The notes below the pieces were generated by a model. The model was given only the letters and a program-made list of their open reading frames with translations. It ran no database searches and had not been told where the DNA came from. A program made the translations under genes and the position numbers. Below, in pieces: positions 42,743-52,142 of a stretch of 64,000 nt of DNA (its first letter is position 1; every line of letters starts with the position of its first letter). The stretch is from Deltaproteobacteria bacterium (GTDB lineage Bacteria; Desulfobacterota_D; UBA1144; Nemesobacterales; CSP1-2): the NCBI GenBank assembly GCA_052390235.1, contig JBQTHB010000005.1, positions 352,001 to 416,000 on the forward strand, in the 5' to 3' direction.

Positions 42743-42936
42743 GCCTTCTCTCCTCGCTCCTCTTTTGTCCTCTTAAAGGTTCTCCCTTTGTAGAATCCGC
42801 AACTCGGGCAAGCCCTATGAGGGGCTTTAAGCTCGTTGCAGCTTGGGCAAAGAGAAAGCCCTGGGCGCACTATCACGTAGTGAGTCCTTCTCTTTTTCGA
42901 CTGGGATTTGGATGGTTTTCTTTTTGGATGAGCCAT
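42739..42936 (-). CDS. rpmF: 50S ribosomal protein L32 (Zn-ribbon form)
   Basis: MAHPKRK.SKS, CPSC...PHRACPSCG. Confidence 0.95.
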   Translation of the reverse strand: MAHPKRKPSKSQSKKRRTHYVIVRPGLSLCPSCNELKAPHRACPSCGFYKGRTFKRTKEERGEKA

Positions 42937-42960
42937 TTTATAGTTCTCCGAATAAATTTA

Positions 42961-43485
42961 TTAAACTTTTAAACTCTTTAGAGCCGAAAATCTCGAATCT
43001 TCCCAATAACCGCTGCAGGAGCAAGCCTCAAAATTCAAATCCGCCCCGCATTGGCACAGCCCCGCGCAGTCCTCCGCGCATACTACTTTGACCGGCAGGG
43101 ACATCGCTACGACCTCTCTGAGATACCCTCCGAGGTCAATTTCATCGCCCGAATAGGTCTCGAAATCCACGTATTCATCGCTTTTAGCCTCGTCCCCGTC
43201 CGATGCCTCTTTGGGGGAGAGAACTAAATTTACCTCCGGGCTAAGGGTCAACTCTACAGGAGCGAGACACCTTGCGCAAGGGGATTCGATTGAAAAACTC
43301 ATAACCCCGCTTACCGTAACCTCTTTTAGAACCTTCGTAACCTGAATGTCTAGGTCAATAACCGAGACAATACGGGCATCCCTCTCGTTCAGAGCGGCAT
43401 CTGGCATATTGGTTAGCCACTCCGCTTTGGAGCTAGTAGCTATATGCAGACCGTCCTTGCCAATTTCTGTGTGCCTAATGCGCAT
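42961..43485 (-). CDS. yceD: DUF177/YceD family protein
   Basis: CARCL, LP..VVC..DC.GLC.CG..LN...C; upstream of rpmF. Confidence 0.9.
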   Translation of the reverse strand: MRIRHTEIGKDGLHIATSSKAEWLTNMPDAALNERDARIVSVIDLDIQVTKVLKEVTVSGVMSFSIESPCARCLAPVELTLSPEVNLVLSPKEASDGDEAKSDEYVDFETYSGDEIDLGGYLREVVAMSLPVKVVCAEDCAGLCQCGADLNFEACSCSGYWEDSRFSALKSLKV

Positions 43486-43676
43486 TCGATTCCCGGCTCA
43501 GTAATAGTTTGGGAATTAATAATAATCTAACATTGAGTTTTTGCAAGTTTACAGGATTTCTCAACTTTCCGGTAGCGGAAAAAATAATCAGCCCCCAGCG
43601 TGTCCTGCTGATGTCCAGAGCGGGCTTGGCTACTGCCTCTCGCTCGCCCCTCATCTTTATTCGAGGTGTGCCTTGG

Positions 43677-43719
43677 CGTAGATAGAAAAACAACTTTGTA
43701 CGACATCCTACAATAATGT
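43677..43719. promoter_or_regulatory. NifA-type upstream activator boxes for the nrtA promoter
   Basis: TGT-acgacatcct-ACA at 43697-43712; CGT-N10-ACA 20 bp earlier (43677-43692). Confidence 0.7.
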
Positions 43720-43822
43720 CGTTTCCTCGTGTTGCTCCCTCTGGCGAGCGAATCCACAATTTTGTAAATTTTTCCAATGAAATAGAGCGTTTTGCCTGTT
43801 TTATTGGCAGTCTGCCCTCGCT

Positions 43823-43838
43823 CGGCACGGCGATTGCA
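43823..43838 (+). promoter_or_regulatory. sigma54 -24/-12 promoter of the nrtABCD operon
   Basis: CGGCACGGCGATTGCA; GG 43824-25, GC 43836-37. Confidence 0.85.
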
Positions 43839-43891
43839 AATCAATATACTGAGGCGCTAAGTCAATCAATACACCAGAGGAGGGAGATAAA

Positions 43892-45169
43892 GTGAGAAAA
43901 TCATCAGCAGGGAAACGTCTGAGCGTTACGCGCCGGGGCTTTTTGAAAGCTGCCGGAGCATCTGCCCTAGCCACTCTAGTGGCGGGAATGCCGCCGGGCT
44001 GGGTCGGCGGGGTCTATGCGGCGGACGGCCCTGAAACCCCGGACATCCGCTTCGGTATCATCGCCCTTACCGACTGCTCGTCCATTGTTATGGCGCACGA
44101 GCTTGGGCTATTCAAAAAATACGGCATCAACTCGATAATCTCGAAGGAAGCCTCTTGGGCTGTCATCCGCGATAAACTCACGCTCGGCGAAAATCAGGCC
44201 ACTCACATGCTCTTTGGCACCCCCTTCGCCTCCACAATGGGGCTTCAAGGCTCGCCCGTAAAACCTATGGTATTCCCCTTTTGCATCAACCACAACGGGC
44301 AGGCGATAACCCTCACCAAAGACCTCCTCGCCAAGGGCGTTAGAACCCCGAAGCAGATAAAACCCCTCGCCGACGCCGCTAACAAAAAAGGGGAGCCGAT
44401 GAGCTTTGCTATGACCTATCCCCCCGGCACTCACGCCATGTGGATGAGATACTGGCTTGCCTCGGGCGGCATCAACCCCGACAGAGACGTGTCGCTCATC
44501 ACGATACCGCCCCCTCAGATGGTCGCCAATATGAAAGTGGGCAAAATGGACGGATTCTGTGTCGGAGAGCCTTGGAACGCCCGCGCCATTTCTGACGGCA
44601 TAGGGTTTACGGCGATAACCACTCAGCAGATATGGAAAGACCACCCGGAAAAGGTGCTTGCCTTCACCGAGGAATTCGCCGCCAAAAACCCAAAAACCGT
44701 CAAGGCGATACTCCGGGCGATGATTGAATCGAGCAAGTTCATAGACAAGCTCGAGAACAGGGCGCAGGTAGCCGAGGTGGTCTCGAAGCCGCAGTACATA
44801 AATACCCCTCCGGCAACCCTACTGCCGCGCCTGCTGGGGAAATACGACTACGGCGATGGCAGACCCATTGAGGACGACCCGTACTATATGACCTTTTTCG
44901 ACAGGGACACGAACTTCCCGTGGAAATCTCACGGCGTGTGGTGGCTCAGCCAGTTCAGGCGCTGGGGGATGGTCAAAGAAGCGCCCGACTACAAGGGGTT
45001 GGTGAATAGGGTTATGAGGTCCGACATATACCGCGAAGTTGCCAAGGAAATGGGAGTAAGCGCGCCGGCGGAGGATATGAAAAAAGAGCTGTTTTTCGAC
45101 GGCATCGAGTTTGACCCGGCAACTCCTGAAGCCTATGCCAAGGGGTTTGCCGTCAAGAATATCGCCTAG
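43892..45169 (+). CDS. nrtA: NrtA/CmpA-family ABC substrate-binding protein (nitrate/nitrite by context), Tat-exported
   Basis: TRRGFLK Tat motif; IALTDC, WLASGGINP, PPPQMVANMK, CVGEPWN, WKDHPEKV. Confidence 0.88.
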   Translation: MRKSSAGKRLSVTRRGFLKAAGASALATLVAGMPPGWVGGVYAADGPETPDIRFGIIALTDCSSIVMAHELGLFKKYGINSIISKEASWAVIRDKLTLGENQATHMLFGTPFASTMGLQGSPVKPMVFPFCINHNGQAITLTKDLLAKGVRTPKQIKPLADAANKKGEPMSFAMTYPPGTHAMWMRYWLASGGINPDRDVSLITIPPPQMVANMKVGKMDGFCVGEPWNARAISDGIGFTAITTQQIWKDHPEKVLAFTEEFAAKNPKTVKAILRAMIESSKFIDKLENRAQVAEVVSKPQYINTPPATLLPRLLGKYDYGDGRPIEDDPYYMTFFDRDTNFPWKSHGVWWLSQFRRWGMVKEAPDYKGLVNRVMRSDIYREVAKEMGVSAPAEDMKKELFFDGIEFDPATPEAYAKGFAVKNIA

Positions 45170-45189
45170 CGCGGAGGGGGGTTTCAATA

Positions 45190-45966
45190 ATGGAAAAGCA
45201 AATTCAAAAAATCTCTCTCATCTTCTTTCCTCTGATTGGGTTAGGTCTGGCGCTGGTGGTGTGGACTCTGCTCAGCCACACGGTTGCCCCAGACCTCCCC
45301 TCCCCTTCTAGGACATGGGAGGAGAGTAAAAACTATGTGCTTCAGCCGTTCTTCAAAGAGGGCGAGATGAACCAAGGCATAGGACGGCTTGCGTACTATA
45401 GCCTCATCCGCGTTACAAAGGGCTACTTAATAGCGATTCTCATCGGAACGCCGATAGGGTTTATGCTGGGGCTGTCCGCTATGTTCTCAAAAACATTTGA
45501 CCCGATAATACAGATTTTGCGCCCTATATCGCCGCTTGCGTGGCTTCCTCTGGGGCTTGTGATGTTTCAGAAATCCGAGCCTGCCGCGCTGTTTACGATA
45601 GCCCTTTGCGCCATGTGGCCCACGGTGCTGAATACCGCCGTAGGGGTGAGGAGCATAAGCTCGGATTACCTAAACGTGGGGCGTGTGCTGAAGCTCTCGC
45701 GCTGGAAAATGCTCGTAAAAATTATTATTCCCGCCACGCTTCCATACGTCTTTACGGGGTATCGCCTCTCGCTGGGGCTTGCGTGGCTCGTTATAGTAGC
45801 CGCCGAGATGCTCACCGGAACTCCGGGCGTAGGGGGGTTTCTGTGGCAGGAGTACAACGCGCTCGTCTATTCGCACATCATTCTCTCCATTATCACCATT
45901 GGAGTTATCGGATTTCTCCTCGATAGGCTAATGAGCATGGTCGAGAGGAGATTTAAAACGGCGTAA
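45190..45966 (+). CDS. nrtB: Nitrate ABC transporter permease
   Basis: DPIIQILRPISPLAWLP, WPTVLNTA, AWLVIVAAEML. Confidence 0.9.
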   Translation: MEKQIQKISLIFFPLIGLGLALVVWTLLSHTVAPDLPSPSRTWEESKNYVLQPFFKEGEMNQGIGRLAYYSLIRVTKGYLIAILIGTPIGFMLGLSAMFSKTFDPIIQILRPISPLAWLPLGLVMFQKSEPAALFTIALCAMWPTVLNTAVGVRSISSDYLNVGRVLKLSRWKMLVKIIIPATLPYVFTGYRLSLGLAWLVIVAAEMLTGTPGVGGFLWQEYNALVYSHIILSIITIGVIGFLLDRLMSMVERRFKTA

Positions 45967-46019
45967 GAAATAGCGCGACGGCCGCTTCAGCTGATAATTT
46001 CGGATTCAAAGGAGATTTT

Positions 46020-46883
46020 ATGGCGTTTCTCGAATTGAAAAATATCGCAAAGAGTTTTTCGACTTCAGCCGGGCTAAAATCAGTCCTCAAGGGAGTGAAC
46101 CTCTCGATTCACAAAGGGGAGTTCGTTTCGATAGTGGGCTATTCGGGGTCTGGAAAAACCACTCTGATTTCGCTCGTGGCTGGGCTCCTTAAGCCGGACG
46201 AGGGGGAAATCCTCCTAGAGGGCAAGAGGATTGAATCCCCCGGTCCTGACAGGGGGGTGATATTTCAAAACTACTCGCTTCTGCCGTGGATGACGGTGTT
46301 TGAAAACGTATATCTCGCCGTTGAGGCCGTTGCAGTGGGGCTCGGAGCGGGGGAGAAAAAGGAGCGCGCCGAGTATTACATCCGAATGGTGAAGCTCCAA
46401 GACGCTATGCGAAAGCGCCCAAGCGAGCTTTCCGGCGGGATGCGCCAGCGCGTTGCGGTTGCTAGGGGGTTTGCCATGGAGCCCAAGGCGCTACTTCTGG
46501 ACGAGCCTTTCAGCGCCCTTGACGCCCTCACGCGGGCAACGCTTCAGGATGAACTCGCGCGGATTTGGGCCGAAACCGGCAAGACTGTGGTGATGATAAC
46601 AAACGACGTGGACGAGGCGATACTCCTCGCGAACCGGATATTTCCGCTCACCTCAGCCCCGTCTGCGACCTTGGGATGCGAGATTCCGGTCTCGATACCG
46701 CGCCCGCGCATTCGTCGGGATTTAAACCTCGACCCCGAATATCAGAAGGCGCGCCGCTCAATAGTGGACTTTCTCATCGGGCGCAGGGCTTCTAGGGACA
46801 AGAGGGCATCCTCGATTTCCGATATAGCGCAAATGCAGAGGCGCCCCGAGAAAAAGGCCAGTATTTTGCAAGGAGAAATTTAG
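46020..46883 (+). CDS. nrtC: Nitrate ABC transporter ATPase 1
   Basis: GYSGSGKT, FQNYSLLPW, LSGGMRQR, LDEPFSALD. Confidence 0.85.
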   Translation: MAFLELKNIAKSFSTSAGLKSVLKGVNLSIHKGEFVSIVGYSGSGKTTLISLVAGLLKPDEGEILLEGKRIESPGPDRGVIFQNYSLLPWMTVFENVYLAVEAVAVGLGAGEKKERAEYYIRMVKLQDAMRKRPSELSGGMRQRVAVARGFAMEPKALLLDEPFSALDALTRATLQDELARIWAETGKTVVMITNDVDEAILLANRIFPLTSAPSATLGCEIPVSIPRPRIRRDLNLDPEYQKARRSIVDFLIGRRASRDKRASSISDIAQMQRRPEKKASILQGEI

Positions 46884-46885
46884 CG

Positions 46886-47887
46886 ATGGCGCAAATTCAA
46901 GCCGTTAAATCAATCCGTGAAAATCCCCCTCGGAAGGCGGCAAAAATAACCTCCGGCGAGAGCTTCTTAGAACTCACGGGGCTTGGCAAGACCTACGAAA
47001 CCCCCCAGGGCCCAGCCGTAATAGTCAAGGATTTCAATCTCCGCATCAGGGAGCGGGAGTTCGTCTCCATAATCGGGCATTCGGGGTGCGGCAAGTCCAC
47101 GATTCTCTCGATAGTCATGGGGCTTAACGAAGCCACCGAGGGCGGGGTCATTATTGCCGGCAGGGAAATTAACGGCCCGGGCGTGGACAGGGGGGTGGTT
47201 TTTCAGTCCCCCTCGCTTCTGCCGTGGATGACGGCGCGCGAAAACGTGATTCTCTCCGTCGCGCAGGTTAAACACGGGGCGAGTCAGTTGGAGATGAAAA
47301 ATCTCGCCGATGAGTATCTTCGCCTCGTGGGACTCGACGGCGCGGGCGACACTTACCCAAATGAACTGTCGGCTGGGATGCGCCAGAGGGTTGGGATTGC
47401 CAGAGCTTTTGCGCTTGAGCCCAAGGCGCTACTTCTGGATGAGCCGTTCAGCCTGCTCGATGCCCTTACCCGAATGGAGCTTCAGGACGAGCTTGTCCGC
47501 CTCTTGGAGCGGGATTCGAGAACCGTGCTTATGGTAACCCACGACGTGGACGAGGCGCTCCTGCTCTCAGACCGCATTGTGATGATGACAAGCGGCCCCG
47601 CCGCTACCATCGGCGAGATTATGGAAGTTCCATTTGCAAAGCCGAGAAACCGCATCGAGGCGCTGAACCATCCCGACTATTACCTGCTCCGAGACCGGCT
47701 GACCTCGTTTCTTGAGGAGAGGGCGTTTCGCGGCGGTGAACCCTCAGAGGCTGGGAGTCCGTACTCGGTCGCAGCAACGCCAAGCGCGGAGGAATCGCTT
47801 GCGGCGCTTGGGCGCGAGCAGAGATTCATCGTGGAGAAATACACGGGGATTAACCGCTTTAGGGGGAAGTACAGAGACACTTACTGA
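46886..47887 (+). CDS. nrtD: Nitrate ABC transporter ATPase 2
   Basis: GHSGCGKS, LSAGMRQR, LDEPF, VTHDVDEA, MMTSGPAA. Confidence 0.85.
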   Translation: MAQIQAVKSIRENPPRKAAKITSGESFLELTGLGKTYETPQGPAVIVKDFNLRIREREFVSIIGHSGCGKSTILSIVMGLNEATEGGVIIAGREINGPGVDRGVVFQSPSLLPWMTARENVILSVAQVKHGASQLEMKNLADEYLRLVGLDGAGDTYPNELSAGMRQRVGIARAFALEPKALLLDEPFSLLDALTRMELQDELVRLLERDSRTVLMVTHDVDEALLLSDRIVMMTSGPAATIGEIMEVPFAKPRNRIEALNHPDYYLLRDRLTSFLEERAFRGGEPSEAGSPYSVAATPSAEESLAALGREQRFIVEKYTGINRFRGKYRDTY

Positions 47888-48065
47888 TGCGGCCGCTCTT
47901 TCTGAGCCGAATCCTAGGGATGCCCGACGCCGCGCGATGCGAACTCAGGGAGAGAGCGACCGTCAAATGAATTTGCGGCGCGCTGACCCACCCTCTTTTC
48001 CAACTATATGAAGTAGATAGATAGAGAGAGACTAAAATCTGAAAAACAACAGTAGTTAAAGGAGA

Positions 48066-49538
48066 GTGGAGATGAAAAATCTATTAGGGATGGCCTGTCT
48101 TGCAGGATGCTGGCTCGCTTTGATGTTTATCCCTCAGGCTCGCACGGTTCAGGGGGCGGAAATCTTGGCGACGCAGACGGCTCTCAAAGCCAAGGGCGGG
48201 GTGAATCTGCGCGTCAGAAGTGAGTTCTGGGATACTTTTGAGAGGCAGGGCGTAGAGACGGACGACACCTATAACTTCCTCATTACGAGGGCGAGGGGGT
48301 TTGCAGACCTCAGCTACGGCAAATTTACGTTTCACATGATGGTTCAATTCGTAAACGGGATAAATTTCCCGGACGAGGGCGCATTTGGCCCGGGCCCCGC
48401 GTATTTCACATCGAGCGATAGGGACGAGAACGCCACTAGCCTCCAGCTCGTAGAACTCAGCCTTCAGGCAAGGGACGTCATCGCCCCGGGAACTTACCTT
48501 AATCTGGGGCGCATCGGCATTCAAGACGGGCTTGAGGTTCAATACGCCTCAGCGCCGAAGATTAACTGGCTCAAAAAGTGGAGACTCTCGGAGCGTCTCA
48601 TCGGCACTGCCGAGTGGCCCAACGTGGCTAGGAGGTTCGATGGCGGCGTTATCGGCTACGGCAACAAGTATTTGGATTTAAACCTATTCTGGGCGAGCGT
48701 TCTCGAAGGGGTTTTCGACTTTGACGACGGCTACGAGCATCTCGACAAGACGGCTGTTGCGGGGGCGACACTCACGCTGAAGAAATGCTCGCTCATTTCG
48801 GATACTGAAATCCGCGCGTTTAATTATTTCTACTTCGATAGCCGCGACCCGGCTAAGACCGTCGCCGGGGACGATATTGAAATCAACACCACTGGGGCGA
48901 GCGTTGTCGGGGCTTATAAAGTGGGTCCCGGCGAGGCGGATCTGCTCCTCTGGGGGGCATATCAATTCGGCAACTTCGGAGAGTCCGACCAGCAGGCTTA
49001 CGGGTTCATCACAGAGGCGGGCTACCAACTACTTCAAATGGCGTGGAAGCCGTGGCTGAGGGTCGGATTTGCCTACGCCTCTGGCGACGATAACCCCTCG
49101 GACTCGGACAACGGGTCGTTTTTTAACCTCGTGCCGACGAATCACAAATATTACGGCTCCGTTGACGCGCTTGCCTTCAGCAACCTCCAGAACTACTACG
49201 CCCAGCTTATTCTCACTCCGAGTCCTAAAGTAACCCTCGCCCTTGACGGTCATTATTTCCGCCTCGCCTCGGACGACTCGTTCTGGACTGGCGGCACAGG
49301 GGCATTTAATAATCTCGCCTTCGGCTACAACTCCTTTAGACCCGTCGCCGGAGAGCAGATTGACGACGACCTAGGGGCTGAGGTTGACGTTACCCTTACC
49401 GTGAAGCCCGCCGATTTCCTCTCGGTTGAGGTCGGATATTCGCGCTTCTTCGGGCGGGACGGCGTGAGTGCGGTATTCGACGGCGAGGACCAGCTCAATT
49501 GGTTTTATGTGCAGTCGGTGGTGAGCTTCACGAGATAG
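48066..49538 (+). CDS. Outer-membrane beta-barrel, alginate-export (AlgE)-like family, putative oxyanion porin
   Basis: Signal peptide; RRFDG, YASGDDNP.D....F.NLVPTNHKYYG, LGAEVD; alternating aromatic C-terminus. Confidence 0.75.
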   Translation: MEMKNLLGMACLAGCWLALMFIPQARTVQGAEILATQTALKAKGGVNLRVRSEFWDTFERQGVETDDTYNFLITRARGFADLSYGKFTFHMMVQFVNGINFPDEGAFGPGPAYFTSSDRDENATSLQLVELSLQARDVIAPGTYLNLGRIGIQDGLEVQYASAPKINWLKKWRLSERLIGTAEWPNVARRFDGGVIGYGNKYLDLNLFWASVLEGVFDFDDGYEHLDKTAVAGATLTLKKCSLISDTEIRAFNYFYFDSRDPAKTVAGDDIEINTTGASVVGAYKVGPGEADLLLWGAYQFGNFGESDQQAYGFITEAGYQLLQMAWKPWLRVGFAYASGDDNPSDSDNGSFFNLVPTNHKYYGSVDALAFSNLQNYYAQLILTPSPKVTLALDGHYFRLASDDSFWTGGTGAFNNLAFGYNSFRPVAGEQIDDDLGAEVDVTLTVKPADFLSVEVGYSRFFGRDGVSAVFDGEDQLNWFYVQSVVSFTR

Positions 49539-49587
49539 CAAAATTATGACGGTTATCCTGCGGCGTAATCTGCGCGCCCATTTAATT

Positions 49588-49633
49588 CTCCCTAGCTCCT
49601 GTGATAGATTATCAGATAAAAAGAGCTAGGGAG
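49588..49633 (+). promoter_or_regulatory. 11-bp inverted repeat covering the RBS of the TonB receptor gene
   Basis: CTCCCTAGCTC (49588-98) / GAGCTAGGGAG (49623-33). Confidence 0.55.
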
Positions 49634-49643
49634 CGCCGCCGCA

Positions 49644-51767
49644 ATGCCGATAGTCAAATTACTGCTGATTTTAGCGTTTCTCATGCCGTCCATGACCAAA
49701 CTCGCCCTCGCCGAAGAAAACGACTCCCCTGCTCTGCCCGAAGTCCTCGTCGAGGAGCAGAGGGATGCGGGCTACGGCGTTCGAGATTCCACGGCTCTCA
49801 AATCCGCGGGTTCAATCTTTGAAGCGCCGCTCTCGGTTACGGTAATTGACGAGAATTTAATCCGAGACCAAAAAACGCTGAGGCTTCAGGACGCCATAGC
49901 CAATGTTTCGGGGGCAGTCCCCGGCGACTCCGGCGCGAGCCTTACGCCGTATTTACTGCGCGGTTTCAGGGCTGAGGTTCAGAGAAACGGATTCACCCAG
50001 AGCCGGTTTCTGTTCTATAACATTTTCCAAGAGGAACTAGCCAACGCACAGAGGGTTGAGGTTCTCAAAGGGGCGTCGTCAGCTCTCTACGGCAACGCTG
50101 GAGCGGGTGGGGCGATAAACGTCATTACGAAAAAGCCTCTGCCCTATTTCTACTCCTCTGCCGCGTTGGATTTCGGGGATTTCGGCTTAATTCGCCCCTC
50201 GGCGGACGTATCAGCCCCCATCAATTCGGCTAAGACTCTCCTTCTGCGCCTCAGCGCGTCCTACGAGGATTCCGGCAGTTTCAGGGATTTTATCGGCTCA
50301 AAGCGGTGGCTTATCGCTCCCGTGCTTGCGTGGGAAATCCGCCCGGGCTCTACATTAACCCTAGAGGGGGAGTATCTGGACATCGCCGAGCCGTTTGACT
50401 CAGGGCTAGTCGCCGTAGGAGGGGGACTCGCCGATATTCCCTTGAGCCGCAATTTAGCCGAGCCCTCGGACAGGGACGAGAGCCGAAGAGGGATACTCGA
50501 GGCGACGCTTGAGACGGATTTGGGTGCCGGAGCCGCGATGCGAAACATCTTGCGCTTCAACAGTGCGCGCGCGGAGCAGTTTAACCACACCCCTGGGTTT
50601 CTCCTGCCCGACGACAGGACTCTGTCCCGTTTTATAGTTGACCTTGATTTTACGAGCCGGATTTACGCAACCCGCAATGAAATTGTGCTCAAACCCCGCT
50701 TCGGCTCGGTCTCGAGCGAAATTTTGCTGGGCGCGGAGTATTCGAGGGAGGATTTTGATACCCTAGCCCGAACCGCCCCCGGAGCAGACATTGACATCTT
50801 CAGCCCCGAATACGGCAGTGTCCCTCCGTTCGGCGGCTCTGCTCTGCCTACTTTCGATATTACCGGACAGCTCGATTCTCTCGCCGTCTATGCCCAAAGC
50901 CGCCTCGCTCTGCCGTATAATCTCCATCTCGTCGCGGGCGGGAGGGTTGACCTCTACGACCAGGACATAGAAAACGAGGCGGGGACGCGGTTCGGCGCAT
51001 TCGAGCATGAGGAGCGGGGCAGGGAATTTAGCCCCAGGGTCGGTTTATCGTATCAGCCTCTGCCGTGGATTTCCATATATTCGAGCTACGGAGAGTCCTT
51101 TAATTTCCTCTTCAGCTCAGGGCTTCAGCCCGACGGCTCTGTACTTGCTCCTGAAACATCCAAGCAATTTGAGGGGGGGGTAAAGCTCGATCTGTGGGCG
51201 AGCCGCCTTGCCTCGACGCTCTCGGTCTATCGAATTGACGCTCGAAACACCCCGGTATCCGACCCCGTGAACGGCGCGCTCTTCTCGGTTCAGGTTGATA
51301 GGCAGAGGAGCGAGGGCGTGGAGCTGGATTTGACCGCCTCCATTGCTCAGGGATTACGCCTCACAGCGTCCTATGCCTACTCGGATGCCCGCGTGCTAGA
51401 AGACGATTTTTTCGATGCCGGACTCGTCGCTCCCGGTGTGCCTAGGCATTCGGCGAGCCTTTGGGCGGCATATACGATCTCTTCCGGCGCGCTCGGAGGG
51501 GCGGGCATCGGAGCGGGATTCTTCGCCTCCGAGGGGCGGGAGGGCGACCTGCAAAACACATTTAGCCTCGGCGATTTCGTCCGCTTTGACGCCGCTATTT
51601 ACTATGAAAGGGCAATTGCTGGGCTCGGACGGGCGGAGGCGTCGGTGCATTTCAAAAATATAACGGACGAGCGGTATATTGAGAATTCCGGCTCTAGGCT
51701 CAATGTTTCCCCCGGAGCGCCGTTTGCAATCCTCGGCGGGCTTAGGGTGCGCCTCGGCGGCGATTAG
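49644..51767 (+). CDS. TonB-dependent receptor (siderophore-receptor-like)
   Basis: Signal peptide, plug PLSVTVI...LRGF...RVEVLKGASSALYG..GAGGAINVITKKP, PETSKQFEGGVK, KNITDERY. Confidence 0.92.
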   Translation: MPIVKLLLILAFLMPSMTKLALAEENDSPALPEVLVEEQRDAGYGVRDSTALKSAGSIFEAPLSVTVIDENLIRDQKTLRLQDAIANVSGAVPGDSGASLTPYLLRGFRAEVQRNGFTQSRFLFYNIFQEELANAQRVEVLKGASSALYGNAGAGGAINVITKKPLPYFYSSAALDFGDFGLIRPSADVSAPINSAKTLLLRLSASYEDSGSFRDFIGSKRWLIAPVLAWEIRPGSTLTLEGEYLDIAEPFDSGLVAVGGGLADIPLSRNLAEPSDRDESRRGILEATLETDLGAGAAMRNILRFNSARAEQFNHTPGFLLPDDRTLSRFIVDLDFTSRIYATRNEIVLKPRFGSVSSEILLGAEYSREDFDTLARTAPGADIDIFSPEYGSVPPFGGSALPTFDITGQLDSLAVYAQSRLALPYNLHLVAGGRVDLYDQDIENEAGTRFGAFEHEERGREFSPRVGLSYQPLPWISIYSSYGESFNFLFSSGLQPDGSVLAPETSKQFEGGVKLDLWASRLASTLSVYRIDARNTPVSDPVNGALFSVQVDRQRSEGVELDLTASIAQGLRLTASYAYSDARVLEDDFFDAGLVAPGVPRHSASLWAAYTISSGALGGAGIGAGFFASEGREGDLQNTFSLGDFVRFDAAIYYERAIAGLGRAEASVHFKNITDERYIENSGSRLNVSPGAPFAILGGLRVRLGGD

Positions 51768-51901
51768 AGGCATATCTCGGTACAAGGAGAGGGGCAACAG
51801 GGGGGGACTGCAGGGCTGGTAAACCCGTCGCTTCTCGCTGTTCCTCTTGGGTCTGTGAGTGCTAAATCCTGCCTCATGGCGGCAGCGGCGTAGGTTTGGA
51901 T

Positions 51902-51931
51902 TCAATTTTGTATGTTTTCTTACAAAATTGT
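51902..51931. promoter_or_regulatory. NifA-type upstream activator box for the MFS promoter
   Basis: TGT-atgttttctt-ACA at 51909-51924, followed by AAAT-TGT. Confidence 0.7.
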
Positions 51932-52033
51932 AATTCCTACTGGGGTTTTTTTGTCTGCCGATTTTGCGCCGCATCCCAAATATTCCATTGATTCAAGCCT
52001 CTTACGGCTACTCGCTTAATTCCCCCAACGCTC

Positions 52034-52049
52034 TGGCATAGCAATTGCC
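52034..52049 (+). promoter_or_regulatory. sigma54 -24/-12 promoter of the nitrate/nitrite MFS gene
   Basis: TGGCATAGCAATTGCC; GG 52035-36, GC 52047-48. Confidence 0.85.
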
Positions 52050-52142
52050 CTAAATATCCATCAGATGAGAGCATTAAACGCCGGGTGAGATTCACCGAGC
52101 CTCTCTCGGCGCAGGGGCAAAAACTTCAAAGGAGGCAGTGCC

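Noticed and set aside
43475..43844. Two minus-strand ORFs of 105-117 aa upstream of yceD
   Set aside because: They overlap the nrtA UAS and promoter and have no RBS or motifs
49540..49643. Cobalamin or other riboswitch before the TonB receptor
   Set aside because: About 100 nt only and no B12-box or other aptamer consensus visible
51980..52005. IHF sites between UAS and -24/-12 elements
   Set aside because: AT-rich tracts sit at similar positions but fit WATCAANNNNTTR poorly
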